DNA of 64,000 nt from an uncultured Nitrososphaerota archaeon. GTDB taxonomy: Archaea; Thermoproteota; Nitrososphaeria; Nitrososphaerales; Gagatemarchaeaceae. The DNA is taken from assembly GCA_963838925.1 (NCBI GenBank), contig CAWISW010000003.1, forward strand, positions 288,001-352,000. The letters are read 5' to 3'. The translations under genes were made by a program, and so were the position numbers. Of this stretch, positions 26,420 through 37,188 are shown piece by piece; position 1 is the stretch's first letter; each line of letters starts with the position of its first letter. The notes under the pieces were generated by a model. That model did not search any database, had not been told where the DNA came from, and saw only the letters and a list, made by a program, of their open reading frames with translations.

Positions 26420-27394
26420 ATGGTGGAGAGAATGGGTCTAACAGAACTGGAAGACCGGATTACCGGCGCGGTCGAGAGGCTCAGCGAGAGCGTCGTCGGG
26501 ATCGACAGCACGCGGCTGACGAGGGACTACCGGTTCGGAGTCGTCCCCGTAGAAGGGCAAGGGTCGGGAGTGATCGTGGACCCAAGCGGGATCATCGTCA
26601 CGAACAACCACGTGATCGACGACGCCGCGAGGGTGCAGGTCAACCTCAAGGACGGCAGGACGTTCGTGGGCGAGGTGATAGGGACCGACCCGGCGACGGA
26701 CGTAGCCCTGGTGAAGGTCGACGCCGAAGGGCTGCCCTTCGCCACGCTGGGCGACTCCGAGAAGCTGAAGGTTGGCCAGATCGTCCTGGCCATCGGCAAC
26801 GCGCTGGGGCTTCCGGGCGCGCCTACAGTCTCGATGGGGCTGATCGGGGCACTAGGGAGACCTCTTCCCGGCACGGACTTCGTCGTCGAAGGGCTGATCC
26901 AGACCGACGCGGCCATCAACCCGGGGAACAGTGGCGGCCCGCTCGCCGACCTCGACGGCAAGGTCATCGGAATGAACACCGCAATGATCCCCTTCGCCCA
27001 GGGAATGGGCTTCGCCATCCCCTCGGAGACGATCAAGAGAATCATGGACCAGATCTCCCGCAACGGGAGGGTGGTGCGGCCTTGGATAGGCATCTCCGGG
27101 ATGGACGTCGACAAGTCGGTGGCCCGGAGGTACAGCCTTGCAGTCGAGCAGGGGGTGCTACTCGCCGAGGTCCTCCAGGAGGCTCCAGCGAGGGACGCCG
27201 GGCTGCGGGTCGGGGACATCCTGGTGAAGATCGGGGAGACCAAGGTCGAGTCGATGAAGGACCTGGTGGGCGCGCTGTCACACCTGGCGATAGGGGACGA
27301 GGTCCCTGTCCAGTTCGTGAGGAACGGCACCAGCTACGAGACGAAGCTGCGCCTGAGGGAAGCGCCACAGAGGATAGTCGCTCGGCGACGGTGA
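26420..27394 (+). CDS. HtrA/DegP-family serine protease with PDZ domain (copy 2)
   Basis: TNNHVI, TDVALVK, QTDAAINPGNSGGPL; no signal peptide. Confidence 0.95.
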   Translation: MVERMGLTELEDRITGAVERLSESVVGIDSTRLTRDYRFGVVPVEGQGSGVIVDPSGIIVTNNHVIDDAARVQVNLKDGRTFVGEVIGTDPATDVALVKVDAEGLPFATLGDSEKLKVGQIVLAIGNALGLPGAPTVSMGLIGALGRPLPGTDFVVEGLIQTDAAINPGNSGGPLADLDGKVIGMNTAMIPFAQGMGFAIPSETIKRIMDQISRNGRVVRPWIGISGMDVDKSVARRYSLAVEQGVLLAEVLQEAPARDAGLRVGDILVKIGETKVESMKDLVGALSHLAIGDEVPVQFVRNGTSYETKLRLREAPQRIVARRR

Positions 27395-27426
27395 GCCACG
27401 AGGCGGCCGGCCGGCTTGACAGCCGG

Positions 27427-27633
27427 CTAGCCCTTCGGCTTGGGCTTGCCCCTCCAGAGTCCGCCCACTATGAGCAACAGGCCCACGAAGAAGAACGCAA
27501 GCCCGTTCTCGACCCAGGTCGTGCTCTGAAACATAAGAGAGCCGCTAGGGCCGACTATACCCAGCCCTTGTAGCGTGAAGATCAACCCAGAAAGGGCCAC
27601 CAGAATCCCGGGGACCATGAAATAGAGCTTCAA
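27427..27633 (-). CDS. Small two-TM membrane protein
   Basis: Two hydrophobic helices, LQGLG...GS.M motif. Confidence 0.7.
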   Translation of the reverse strand: MKLYFMVPGILVALSGLIFTLQGLGIVGPSGSLMFQSTTWVENGLAFFFVGLLLIVGGLWRGKPKPKG

Positions 27634-27717
27634 GCTCTAACAACTTCCGCCCTCTCCGGCTAATAAATCAACCCCCAACCTTCATTTGGGTACCCACGAG
27701 CACCCAAGGAGAGCGCC

Positions 27718-28908
27718 ATGCAGTCGCACCCGAAGGCCAAAGGGCGGGTTTCCCCACGGGTGAGGCTGTTCACGGACTCTGTGATTCGGGACATGACCCG
27801 GCTCGCGGACCTCCACGGCGCGATAAACTTGGCCCAGGGTTTTCCGGACTTTCCCGCTCCGTCGGTCCTGAAAGCCGCGGCGTCGCGGGCTGTCAGAGAA
27901 GACTACAACCAGTATGAGATAACGTGGGGCTCGGCCGAGCTTAGAGCCGCCATCGCAGAGAAGGCGGCCAAGTTCAACGGCATAAAGGCAACGGGCGAGG
28001 ACAACGTGACGGTGACGTGCGGCGCTACCGAGGCGATGGTGGCGACGATGCTCGCGCTGACAGACTCCAACGACGAGGTGATAGTCCCGGAGCCGTTCTA
28101 CGAGTGCTACCTCCCCTCCGCGATTATCTCGGGCGCGAAGGTGCGCCACGTCAGGCTCTCGGAGCCCGGGTTCAAGTTCGACGAAGAGGAGCTGAAGCGC
28201 GCGTTCGAGGGCCGAGGCGGCGCGAGGCCGAAGGCCATCGTGATCAACACGCCGAACAACCCGACCGGGCGGGTCTTCTCTCGGAGCGAGCTCAAGCTGG
28301 TCGCCGACCTCTGCTCCGACAACGGTGTGCTCGCGATAACCGACGAGATCTACGAGCAGATCGTCTACGACGGGAGAAGGCACGTAAGCCTTGCGACCCT
28401 GGGAGACATGGCCGACTCCACGGTGACCATCTCGGGAGCCTCCAAGACGTACAGCGTGACAGGGTGGAGGATAGGCTACACCGTCGCCGAGAAGGGCCTC
28501 ACCGAGGCGATCAGGAAGGTGCACGACTTCCTCACGGTCTGCGCCCCCTCGCCCCTCCAGAGGGCTGCCCTCGCGGCGTACAGCCTAGACGCCTCCTACT
28601 ACTCGAACCTGACGAAGAGCTACACGAGGAAGCGCGACTACATGATGAGGTCACTCGGCGAGATGGGGTTCGAGTGCGCGAAGCCCGAGGGCGCGTACTA
28701 CGTCCTCGCCGACTTCAGCGCCCTCTGGAAGGGGGACGACGCGAGCTTCGCGCAGCACCTGGTCAAGGACGGCGGCGTCGCATCGGTACCGGCGTCGAGC
28801 TTCTTCGCCACAGCGGGCGTGGGCAAGAAGCAGGTGAGGCTCGCCTTCCCGAAGAAGGACAGGACGCTGAGAGACGCGGTCGAGAGGATGCGGAAGAGGC
28901 TCGGCTGA
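27718..28908 (+). CDS. PLP-dependent aminotransferase class I/II
   Basis: INLAQGFPD, NTPNNPTG, DEIY, SKTYSVTGWRIG. Confidence 0.93.
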   Translation: MQSHPKAKGRVSPRVRLFTDSVIRDMTRLADLHGAINLAQGFPDFPAPSVLKAAASRAVREDYNQYEITWGSAELRAAIAEKAAKFNGIKATGEDNVTVTCGATEAMVATMLALTDSNDEVIVPEPFYECYLPSAIISGAKVRHVRLSEPGFKFDEEELKRAFEGRGGARPKAIVINTPNNPTGRVFSRSELKLVADLCSDNGVLAITDEIYEQIVYDGRRHVSLATLGDMADSTVTISGASKTYSVTGWRIGYTVAEKGLTEAIRKVHDFLTVCAPSPLQRAALAAYSLDASYYSNLTKSYTRKRDYMMRSLGEMGFECAKPEGAYYVLADFSALWKGDDASFAQHLVKDGGVASVPASSFFATAGVGKKQVRLAFPKKDRTLRDAVERMRKRLG

Positions 28909-28915
28909 ATGTGAG

Positions 28916-29006
28916 CGGGCCCGGCAAGATTTGAACTCGCGACCCCTGGCTCTCTTCCATCGCTAGATAGAAGGCCAGTGCTCTATCCATTCTGAGCTAC
29001 GGGCCC
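28916..29006 (-). tRNA. tRNA-Arg(TCT) with canonical 16-nt intron (28952-28967)
   Basis: GGGCCCG/CGGGCCC acceptor; CTGGC-CT-TCT-A-[intron]-A-GCCAG; TTCAAAT loop. Confidence 0.95.
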
Positions 29007-29075
29007 GCAAGCATGCGCTTTGCGCATTCAACATAAGTGTTTTACCGACATGACGGAGAAACCTCGCAACTGAGC

Positions 29076-29507
29076 TCACTTCGACTTGCGCTTGAGAGCC
29101 TGATTGACGTCAAGGGCTAGTGCAAGGCGCTCCTCGTACTCTGCGTCCGTCAGCTCGCTGAACGGCTTGCTCTGGAGGTATTTGAGGCGCTCCTGTGCCA
29201 TCTGGGGCGTAAACGATTCTAGCTTCTTCTTCACGTCTTCCTTCGCCTCTTCAGAATCCGTCGTCTCTGGCGCCGCCTCGGGTGCCATCGATTCGAGCCT
29301 CAGCGATTCGACGACCTCCAGGCGCTTCCCCTTGGCCCACTTCTCTATCGTGCCTTTGAGGCTCGACCATTGTAGCACGTTCATGTTGTCGGGGAACTGG
29401 ACCGTCCTCTCTCCCTTGCCGTGGGTAGCGCCCGCGAACCTCGTCTCTTGCAGGTGCTTCTGAAGCTCCTCGGCCAGTTCTTCCGACGGTAGCTCGATCT
29501 CCCTCAA
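29076..29507 (-). CDS. Hypothetical charged protein
   Basis: 143-aa ORF with host-like codon usage; no family recognised. Confidence 0.7.
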   Translation of the reverse strand: MREIELPSEELAEELQKHLQETRFAGATHGKGERTVQFPDNMNVLQWSSLKGTIEKWAKGKRLEVVESLRLESMAPEAAPETTDSEEAKEDVKKKLESFTPQMAQERLKYLQSKPFSELTDAEYEERLALALDVNQALKRKSK

Positions 29508-29731
29508 AGCCGCTCGCTATCCCCAATCTCGCAAATCCGTCCAGATATCCTTTCTCCTGACGATTTGGCTCCGGGTGACGGCAGCCTAGAACTGCGCTTG
29601 AACCTCCTCAGATTCTTCAACGAATCCGCATCCATGGAGCAAATTAATGTAATTCTCGCAATATCAGAGGAGAGAAGACCTAATTCTTTATTTCAAAGCC
29701 TTTTAATTAGTTTCGCGGAGGAAACGACAGC

Positions 29732-31093
29732 GTGCTAGCGCCCCAAGGACGGCTCTTCGGTACGAACGGCGTCCGATTCATCCCAGGGGTGACCGGCGAC
29801 ATGGGCTTCGCCCTGAAGCTCGCAGAGAGCATCGGGACGTACTTCTCCGAGGGCGAAATCCTCGTGGGAAGGGACGGCCGCCTGACGGGGCAGATGATGT
29901 TCTCCTCGGTGACCGCGGGGCTCATGAGCTCTGGAAGGAACATCGCCGAGTCGGACATCGTCCCCACTCCCGCCCTCCAGTTCGCCACGAAGGCCCTTGG
30001 CTACAGGGGCTCAGTGATGATAACCGCGTCGCACAACCCCGCCCAATACAACGGAGTAAAGGTGATGGGCCCCGACGGCGTGGAGGTCTCCAGGCTCGAC
30101 GAGCAGAAGATAGAGAAAATCTTCCACGATGGGACGGCAAACAAGGCCAACTGGAAGGACGTGGGCACGGCCAGGCCCGAGCCCTCGGTCATCAGGGCAT
30201 ACCTGAACGGCATCATCTCCAAGGTCAACGCGAAGCTGATCTCTGAGAGGAGGCTCACTGTGGTGGTCGACGCAGGGAACGGCGCACAGTCGCTTGCGGT
30301 CCCTTACCTCCTCGAGGCGCTGGGGTGCAAGGTCATTACAATCAACGCGATAATCGACGGCAGCTTCCCGGGGAGAGGCCCTGAGCCGACCCCGGAGAAC
30401 CTGAGGGACATGGTGGTCGCAGTGCGCGCCTCCAACGCCGACCTGGGCGTCGCCTACGACGGCGACGGTGACCGCTCCATCTTCTGCGACGAGGGCGGGA
30501 ACCTGTACTGGGGCGACCAGAGCGGGTCGCTCCTCGCGGACTATCTTCTCGAGAGGAACCCCAACTCCACCGTCGTCACGCCGGTCAGCTCGTCCCAGGT
30601 GATCGAGCTCGTCGCGAAGAGGCGCGGAGCGAAGGTCCTCCGGACGAGGGTAGGCAGCGTCGACGTTTCTAGGACGATAATCGAAAGGAAGGCTTTGATG
30701 GGCTTCGAGGAGAACGGAGGCGGCTTCTTCCCGTCCCACCTGCCGACCCGCGACGGCGGGATGACGACCGCGGTCATGCTCGAGGTCATGGCGACCCGGG
30801 CCGCCCCCCTGTCTAGGCTCATGTCGGCAGCCTTCCCCAAGTTCTTCCAGACGAAGACCAAGGTCCCTATCGACCCGAGCAGGGTCCGGGAGATAATGAG
30901 GACGATCGAGCGCCAGGGCAACGGCAAGGTGGAGAAGGTCGACGGGGTGAAGATCTGGGTCGACGAGAAGACGTGGGCGCTGATTCGCCCGAGCGGCACG
31001 GAGCCCATCGTCAGGGTCTTCGTGGAGTCGGAGACAAAGGAGAAGGCGGACTCGACCGCGAAGAAGTTCGTAAGGGCCGTAAAGGCAGCCTAG
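29732..31093 (+). CDS. Phosphohexomutase (phosphoglucosamine mutase/PMM-PGM)
   Basis: LFGTNGVR, ITASHNP, DGDGDR, IRPSGTEP. Confidence 0.93.
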   Translation: MLAPQGRLFGTNGVRFIPGVTGDMGFALKLAESIGTYFSEGEILVGRDGRLTGQMMFSSVTAGLMSSGRNIAESDIVPTPALQFATKALGYRGSVMITASHNPAQYNGVKVMGPDGVEVSRLDEQKIEKIFHDGTANKANWKDVGTARPEPSVIRAYLNGIISKVNAKLISERRLTVVVDAGNGAQSLAVPYLLEALGCKVITINAIIDGSFPGRGPEPTPENLRDMVVAVRASNADLGVAYDGDGDRSIFCDEGGNLYWGDQSGSLLADYLLERNPNSTVVTPVSSSQVIELVAKRRGAKVLRTRVGSVDVSRTIIERKALMGFEENGGGFFPSHLPTRDGGMTTAVMLEVMATRAAPLSRLMSAAFPKFFQTKTKVPIDPSRVREIMRTIERQGNGKVEKVDGVKIWVDEKTWALIRPSGTEPIVRVFVESETKEKADSTAKKFVRAVKAA

Positions 31094-31102
31094 CGGCTTC
31101 TG

Positions 31103-32074
31103 CTAGGGCTTGCTTCTGAAGTGGACCCATCCTTCCCTTCGCATCTTCCTCCCGTCTGGGAGGGCGACCCCCTTGAGGGTCTTAGCAGGGACGGTCTCGC
31201 CGATCACGCGTAGCTCGCACCCTTCGGAGCGCGCCTTTCTCTTCGCCTCATCGATCCGGCCTTTCCCAACCGTCCCGACGATCTCGTACTCCTCCCCGCC
31301 GTAGAGCGCGAGGTCCTCGGCGGAGAGAGAGTTGCTGGACGCGAACTCCTCCAGTCCTTCCGCGAAGGGCAACTCCCTCAGCCTTATCCCGACGCCGCTC
31401 ATCTCCGCGATGGTGTGCAAAGAAATCGAAAGCCCGTCGCTCGAGTCCATCGAGGACGACAGGCAATTCGAGAGGGCAATCCCCAGTCCCAGCCTGGGGC
31501 GCGGCATGCGCACCGACGAGACCGCCTCCCTCCTGAACTTCGGCTCCGCCTTCGCGCCTCTCATGAGTATCCCCAGCCCTGCGGAGGTCTGCCCGAACGG
31601 CCCGCTCGTCACCACGTACTCGCCAGGGGCGGCCCCAGTCCTCCTGACAATCCGCTTTGCGAACCCCACCATCATGCAGTCGACTATCAGGTCGTCGGCC
31701 TCGCTCGTGTCCCCGCCGACCAGCTTCAGCTCCCACTCCCGGGACGCCTCCAACAGACCCGAGGCCAGCTCGACCACCTTCCTTTCTCGTGCCCCCCGCG
31801 GGAGCCCCAACGAGACCATGAACGCGGTCGGGCGCACCCCCTTCGCGGCGAAGTCCGAGACGCACATTGCGACGGCCTTCCTCGAAGCCATCCTCCAGGA
31901 CATCCCGCGCGGCACGTCAGTCCGCGCGACCAGCATGTCGCACTTCAGGACGACGCTCTCGCCTTCCCTTCCCGGGGGGATCAGCGCGACGTCGTCGCCA
32001 ATCGGGACGTAGCCCTCAGGCAGCTTGTCGAAGCGCTTCGTGATCAGGTCGATGATCCCGTACTCGTCTAGCAT
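31103..32074 (-). CDS. thiL: Thiamine-monophosphate kinase
   Basis: IGDDVA, VSDFAAKG, VGGDT, MDSSDGL, GGEEYE. Confidence 0.93.
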   Translation of the reverse strand: MLDEYGIIDLITKRFDKLPEGYVPIGDDVALIPPGREGESVVLKCDMLVARTDVPRGMSWRMASRKAVAMCVSDFAAKGVRPTAFMVSLGLPRGARERKVVELASGLLEASREWELKLVGGDTSEADDLIVDCMMVGFAKRIVRRTGAAPGEYVVTSGPFGQTSAGLGILMRGAKAEPKFRREAVSSVRMPRPRLGLGIALSNCLSSSMDSSDGLSISLHTIAEMSGVGIRLRELPFAEGLEEFASSNSLSAEDLALYGGEEYEIVGTVGKGRIDEAKRKARSEGCELRVIGETVPAKTLKGVALPDGRKMRREGWVHFRSKP

Positions 32075-32077
32075 CGG

Positions 32078-33382
32078 TCAGGCACCGGCGCGCTTGACCT
32101 TCAGGATGTACGAGTGGGCGAGCTGCTCGGCGTCCTTCATGCTCGGCGCCTCAGCGGAGACGCGTACGCCGTCCTCCGTGTTCGAGACCCTGATCAGCAC
32201 CCACGAGGAGCTCGAGGTCCTGATCTTCAGCCCGTCGAGCGCGTCCGCCCCCGGGTTCTCCTTCTGAAGCTTCTTGACCGCGTACAAGGCTTTCTTGCGA
32301 GGCATCCCCATCTTCTCTCGGGCTATGTGGTACGACTTCACCTGCCCGTAGACCTTGGTGCCTTTGCGCTTGATTGCGCCGACTATGAGCGCCGCGGCGA
32401 CCATGGAGTCCCTGCAGTTGTTGAAGCTCGCGTCAATCACCCCTCCGCTGCTCCCCTCCCCTCCCAGCCTCACCCCTTTCTGTGCCATGAGCCCCACGAC
32501 GTTGCCTTCTCCGACCTTGGCACGGAAGACCTGCCCGCCAGCCTCCTTGACGATGTCGTCGATAGCCTGCGTCGTGTCCACGGAGACCACGACGTCCTTC
32601 TGGCTCATCGTCTGGAGGGCCTCCTTCATCGCCAGGGTGAGCATGTAGTCACCCGTCCGAGCCTTGCCGTCGCAGTCGACCAAGGCGAGCCTGTCCCCGT
32701 CGCAGTCGAACGCGAAACCCACGTCCGCCCCCTCCTTCTTCACTGTCTTGCAGAGCATGTCCAGGGGATCGTTAGTAGGGTCTATGGTCCTGATGAAGAT
32801 TCCCCGAGTGTCGCCTATCGTGGAGACAAGGCACCCGAGCTTCCGGAGTATCTCTGGGGCGTGCCCCACGGCCGCCCCTCCGTTGAGGTCGAGGACGACC
32901 TTCACTCCTTGGGCGGACCCCTCGCCCGCCATCTCCACCATCTCTCTGTTGTAGGAGAACCCCTCGGAACGCATCAGCCTTCCGGGCGAGGCCGCCTCCT
33001 CCTTCTTCGGTCCCTTCCGCAGGACCTCGTCGAACTCGGACTGGTTGATTCCCCGGCCGTTGATTACGAACTTGAGGCCGTTCCACTCGGGCTCGTTGTG
33101 CGAGGCGGTCACGATGACCGCGGGCCTCCCCTTCCTCCTGCTCTCCCGGAATATGGCCGGCGTGGAGATCACCCCATAGTCGACGACGTCTGCGCCCGTC
33201 CCGAGGATTGCGCTGGTCACGACCCGCGAGGCTATCGGGCCGGTGGCCCTTGTGTCCCTCCCGAGGAGGAACTCGTCGGCCCCGAGGAGGCGGACGAACC
33301 TCCGCGCGTACTCCGCCATGTCCTCGGGTAGAAGGTCCGAGTTGAAGACCCCGCGGATGCCGCTGGTAGAAGTGACCGTCAA
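32078..33382 (-). CDS. Second phosphohexomutase (PMM/PGM family)
   Basis: SGIRG, VTASHN, DCDGDR, GGEGSSGG, RVSNTE. Confidence 0.88.
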   Translation of the reverse strand: MTVTSTSGIRGVFNSDLLPEDMAEYARRFVRLLGADEFLLGRDTRATGPIASRVVTSAILGTGADVVDYGVISTPAIFRESRRKGRPAVIVTASHNEPEWNGLKFVINGRGINQSEFDEVLRKGPKKEEAASPGRLMRSEGFSYNREMVEMAGEGSAQGVKVVLDLNGGAAVGHAPEILRKLGCLVSTIGDTRGIFIRTIDPTNDPLDMLCKTVKKEGADVGFAFDCDGDRLALVDCDGKARTGDYMLTLAMKEALQTMSQKDVVVSVDTTQAIDDIVKEAGGQVFRAKVGEGNVVGLMAQKGVRLGGEGSSGGVIDASFNNCRDSMVAAALIVGAIKRKGTKVYGQVKSYHIAREKMGMPRKKALYAVKKLQKENPGADALDGLKIRTSSSSWVLIRVSNTEDGVRVSAEAPSMKDAEQLAHSYILKVKRAGA

Positions 33383-33564
33383 GGGACTATCTGACCCTCC
33401 TTTGATGACGGCGCAGTGGGAATTCCGTCAAGTCGCCTACTCATCGTGAACGGTTGTCGCATCTGCACTTAAAGCGCTTTTCACCGTGGAAGAAACGCCA
33501 AACTGCACTGCCGGAGGGAGCCTCGAAAAGTAATTATCGCTGCCTTCCAGTTATGTGGGTAGGC

Positions 33565-34242
33565 ATGAGCGAGGACGGCTTCGAGAGAGTCTGTGCCATC
33601 TGCGGCTCGGTAGTGCTTCTGGACTCCAGTTCCTGCAGGAGATGCGGTCATGACCTGATGGACTCTCCTCTGGAGGAGCAGGAACACGCCTCTCCAATCA
33701 GGCATGAGCCACTAGCGTCGATGCGAGTCTACAGAAGGCAGATCGGCACGTTCTTGATCCTCTTTGTCTTCGGATCTCTTCTGCTCGCCGGAGGGTGGGT
33801 CCTGGCATACTTCGGAGGCGTGTGGCGACTCTCAGCTGAAGATGCCTCGTTGGCAGTCTTCGCTAACTACCCGCAGTGTGCCGGATTCGCGTCGAGCTTG
33901 CGGGTCTTCTTCCCGATGTTCGGGTCGCTCGCCTCCAATGCGTCCTGCAGCCTCTACTCCTTGGATTCGGGCGGGCTCACCTTCGTCAGCCTCGGTGTGG
34001 CCTCGATGCTGGTCGGTCTGGTCGCCTTCAAGAAGCGCTTCTCGAGCGTGGGTGTGAGGATCAGCGCGTTCTGGTGGGCGCTCGCCCTGGCGATTCCACT
34101 GGTCGGAGGGATAATCGCCTATCTGAATGTCCGGGGGAACAATCGGACGAGCGCGATTGGCCTGGCGCTCCTGGGGGTGGAGACGCTGTTCGGCTCGGCA
34201 CTCCTCTACGTCCTGACCGGTTTCCCGCTGGCCTTCTTCTAG
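33565..34242 (+). CDS. Membrane protein with N-terminal Zn ribbon
   Basis: CAIC...CRRC followed by several TM helices; ATG 33565. Confidence 0.7.
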   Translation: MSEDGFERVCAICGSVVLLDSSSCRRCGHDLMDSPLEEQEHASPIRHEPLASMRVYRRQIGTFLILFVFGSLLLAGGWVLAYFGGVWRLSAEDASLAVFANYPQCAGFASSLRVFFPMFGSLASNASCSLYSLDSGGLTFVSLGVASMLVGLVAFKKRFSSVGVRISAFWWALALAIPLVGGIIAYLNVRGNNRTSAIGLALLGVETLFGSALLYVLTGFPLAFF

Positions 34243-34354
34243 AAGCGCAGGGAAATGCCTCCGCGTAGACGCAACGAATCCTTTGTGTAACTCATGCGTC
34301 AAGAGAAGTTGAGTTCCCGTCTTTTGATTCCCTAATCGCCTTCTCAGCATTCAG

Positions 34355-34852
34355 ATGGCTCCGAAGATATTCAAGGCGAAGCGAAGCGCCAAGCTGGGGG
34401 AGTACAAGTTCACCCAGATCTTCATCGGCGCCGAGAACTCGCCCACTCTCCTCAGGCTCTTCGGTTCCCAGAGGACCATGTCGAAGATCGTCAGGCACCT
34501 GAAGGTCAGCATCGTGGATTCGGACTGGGGGATCTGGCTCGACCACAACACCGGGGCAGTGTGCGTGGGCTCGAAGTACCTCTCATCCGCGAAGATAAAC
34601 TGCCTCTACCTGGACGTGATACACGTCCTCGTCCACGTCAAGCAGTTCCTCGACGGCAAGGACCTGTTCGACCAGACCTTCGAGTACGTCGACCGCCCCA
34701 CAGAGATAGAGGCCTACCGGTACACCGTGGACGAGGCGAAGCGGCTCCAGATGAGCGAGGACGAGATCCTCCGCTACCTGAGGGTGGACGCCGTCGACGA
34801 CTCTGAGCTCGGGCGCCTCATCGAAAAGATAGGCGTGCGGCCCCGCCGCTGA
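34355..34852 (+). CDS. Zincin-fold hypothetical protein with degenerate HExxH (HVLVH)
   Basis: [11 protein letters not shown]...[11 protein letters not shown]. Confidence 0.7.
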   Translation: MAPKIFKAKRSAKLGEYKFTQIFIGAENSPTLLRLFGSQRTMSKIVRHLKVSIVDSDWGIWLDHNTGAVCVGSKYLSSAKINCLYLDVIHVLVHVKQFLDGKDLFDQTFEYVDRPTEIEAYRYTVDEAKRLQMSEDEILRYLRVDAVDDSELGRLIEKIGVRPRR

Positions 34853-34905
34853 GCTGCGACTCCTCGAAGCCTTTAGAAAGGCTCCGCCCTAAGAACAACC
34901 CTCGA

Positions 34906-36237
34906 ATGAAGTACGTGGAGGGAGCGAAGAAGGTGTTCTTGGACACGGGCACCCGCTTCCCACGGAAGATCATCTGGTCGGTCGCCCTGATAAAGCGCGA
35001 GGCGGCCAAAGCAAACTCTTCGCTTGGGCTGCTCGACCCTGAGATTGCCTCCGCGATAGTCGAGGCCTCCACGGAGGTAATGGAAGGGAAGCACGACTCG
35101 AAGGTCACCGTCGACGTCTTCCAGACCGGCTCCGGGACAGGGCTCAACATGAACCTCAACGAGCTGATCGCCGAGAGGGCCAACGAGCTGCTCGGGAAGA
35201 GCGGAGGCAAAGGTAGCGCCCACGCCAACGACCACGTCAACACGGGGCAATCCTCGAACGACGTGGGGCCATCCGCCATCAGAATCGCCGCGGTGTCACT
35301 CTTCAGCGAGGAGCTGGCGCCGTCCCTGGGGAAGGCCTCCAGGAGCCTCGTGGCGCTCTCGAAGCGCACCGCCGGAGTCTACAAGGCCGGAAGGACCCAT
35401 CTCAGGGATGCCCTGCCCGTCACTATGGGCCAGGAGTTCGCCGCGTACGCCGACGCGCTCGACCACGACCTCCTGCTCCTCCGGGGCGCCGTCGCTTACG
35501 CCAAGGAACTGCCCATCGGAGGGACGGCGGTCGGGACGGGGGTGAACGCGGGCCCTGGGTTCGGGGCCGCTGTCGTTCGGGGAATAAACAGCTCGACGAA
35601 GCTCGGATTCTCAGAGGCGAGGAGCAAGTTCCGCGCGATGAGGCTGCTCTCCGACCTCGTCGCGCTCAGCTCGATCATGAGCGTCACGGCGCTCGACGTC
35701 TGCAGGCTCTGCCAGGACATCAGGCTGATGTTCTCAGGGCCCCTAACAGGCCTCGGCGAGATAGAGATCCCCACGCAGGAGGAGGTCGCCGGCAGCAGCA
35801 TAATGCCCGGAAAGACCAACCCGGTCACGGTGGAGGCGGCCATGCTGGCGTCGGCGCAGGTCATGGGCCTTGACCGGGCGAACGAAGTCGCCGGTACGCT
35901 GGGCGAGTTCGAGCTCAGCATGGGCGTCCCCCTGGTAGGCTACAACGTCGCCTTGCAGATCTCGCTTCTCTCGGAAGCGCTCAGAAAGCTGTCCTCGGTG
36001 GTGCTGGACCACATCGCCCCGAACGTAAAGAAGAGCAGGGCCTTCGCAGAGGCCAGCCCGGCCCTTGTCACCGCGATAAGCCCCGCGATAGGCTACGACA
36101 AGGCGGCCAAGGTGGGAAAGAAGGTCGCGCGAGGGCTTTCGGTTAGGGACGGGCTCAGGCAGTTGGGGTACACGGACAGAGAGATCACAAAGATCCTCGA
36201 CCTCCGGAAGCTCGTCGACCCGAAAGCCGGAAACTAG
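34906..36237 (+). CDS. fumC: Class II fumarate hydratase
   Basis: [33 protein letters not shown]. Confidence 0.88.
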   Translation: MKYVEGAKKVFLDTGTRFPRKIIWSVALIKREAAKANSSLGLLDPEIASAIVEASTEVMEGKHDSKVTVDVFQTGSGTGLNMNLNELIAERANELLGKSGGKGSAHANDHVNTGQSSNDVGPSAIRIAAVSLFSEELAPSLGKASRSLVALSKRTAGVYKAGRTHLRDALPVTMGQEFAAYADALDHDLLLLRGAVAYAKELPIGGTAVGTGVNAGPGFGAAVVRGINSSTKLGFSEARSKFRAMRLLSDLVALSSIMSVTALDVCRLCQDIRLMFSGPLTGLGEIEIPTQEEVAGSSIMPGKTNPVTVEAAMLASAQVMGLDRANEVAGTLGEFELSMGVPLVGYNVALQISLLSEALRKLSSVVLDHIAPNVKKSRAFAEASPALVTAISPAIGYDKAAKVGKKVARGLSVRDGLRQLGYTDREITKILDLRKLVDPKAGN

Positions 36238-36249
36238 TGTCGAGCGGGT

Positions 36250-37188
36250 TTGAGCAGCAGAGCCACCTTCGTCTCGGTCGCTAAGGAATTCAAGGAGCAG
36301 CCTCTGCTCTTGCGTTCCTTCCAAGGGTCCGGGCGCTGGTCGGACCTGGGGAGCAGCAGCTACCCGATACTGGTCGGAGCGGGAGACTCCTACGCCGCTT
36401 CCTTGTGCGCTTCGTTCCTTGCCGGGCCTCCCGTGCTGGCGCTCGACCCGTACTCTCTCATGGAGTCGACAGGCTGGGCAAGGGGAAGGCCGGTCTACCT
36501 CGTCTCAATCTCTGGCGAGACAACGTCCAACATCGAGCTCGCCCGCGCCCTGAAGGGGACGGCCACCAGGACGGTGGCGATCACCTCCAACCCGAGCAGC
36601 AGGCTGGCCGCCGAGGTCGACAGCGTCGTCGAGCTCCCCTTCAGGCCGAAGGTCAAGTCCCCTGGCATCGCCTCCTTCACGCTCTCGCTCGCAGCCGCAC
36701 TCAAGGTCGCCGGACTCGACTCCAAGTGCGACTTTGAGAAGGTCTTCTCGCGTGCTGCATCCGTGTCCAAAGCAATCCGGATTGCGGGGAAGAGCGGCGT
36801 GACACACTTCACCGGCAACAACGAGCTCTATGCCGCCTCGGTTTACGGGGTGGCGAAGGTCTACGAGCTTCTCGGTGGGAGGGCGCAGGCGTCCCTCTTG
36901 GAGGAGTTCAGCCACATGCCCCTCTTCTCGCTCACGACCTCTGACACCGTCAACGTGGCCGAGTCGCAAGAGGGGCGCAAGGGAGCCCAGCTCTCTAGGA
37001 GGCTGAACGAAGGCGGGTTTGCTTCCTCGCTGATGAGCCTCGAAGGAACTCGCCTCGAAAGGCTCTACCTTCTCATATTTGCGATGCAGGCGGCTGCCAT
37101 AGACGCGGCAAGAGAAAGAGGACTGAAGGCCCCCTACTTCCTGGGCGCCAAGAAGAAGCTAAGAATCAGCGACGCGATGATCTACTAG
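36250..37188 (+). CDS. SIS-domain sugar isomerase-like protein
   Basis: GAGDSY, VSISGET, ITSNPSS, EEFSHMP. Confidence 0.82.
   Translation: MSSRATFVSVAKEFKEQPLLLRSFQGSGRWSDLGSSSYPILVGAGDSYAASLCASFLAGPPVLALDPYSLMESTGWARGRPVYLVSISGETTSNIELARALKGTATRTVAITSNPSSRLAAEVDSVVELPFRPKVKSPGIASFTLSLAAALKVAGLDSKCDFEKVFSRAASVSKAIRIAGKSGVTHFTGNNELYAASVYGVAKVYELLGGRAQASLLEEFSHMPLFSLTTSDTVNVAESQEGRKGAQLSRRLNEGGFASSLMSLEGTRLERLYLLIFAMQAAAIDAARERGLKAPYFLGAKKKLRISDAMIY

Noticed and set aside
29504-29640. 43-codon minus-strand ORF upstream of the 143-aa hypothetical gene
   Set aside because: No motif and poor codon bias; probably a spacer
33390-33445. CTGA...TGATGA box-like words and a TGACGG/CCGTCA hairpin
   Set aside because: Box order and spacing do not give a complete C/D RNA, there is no recognisable guide, and it overlaps the mutase leader
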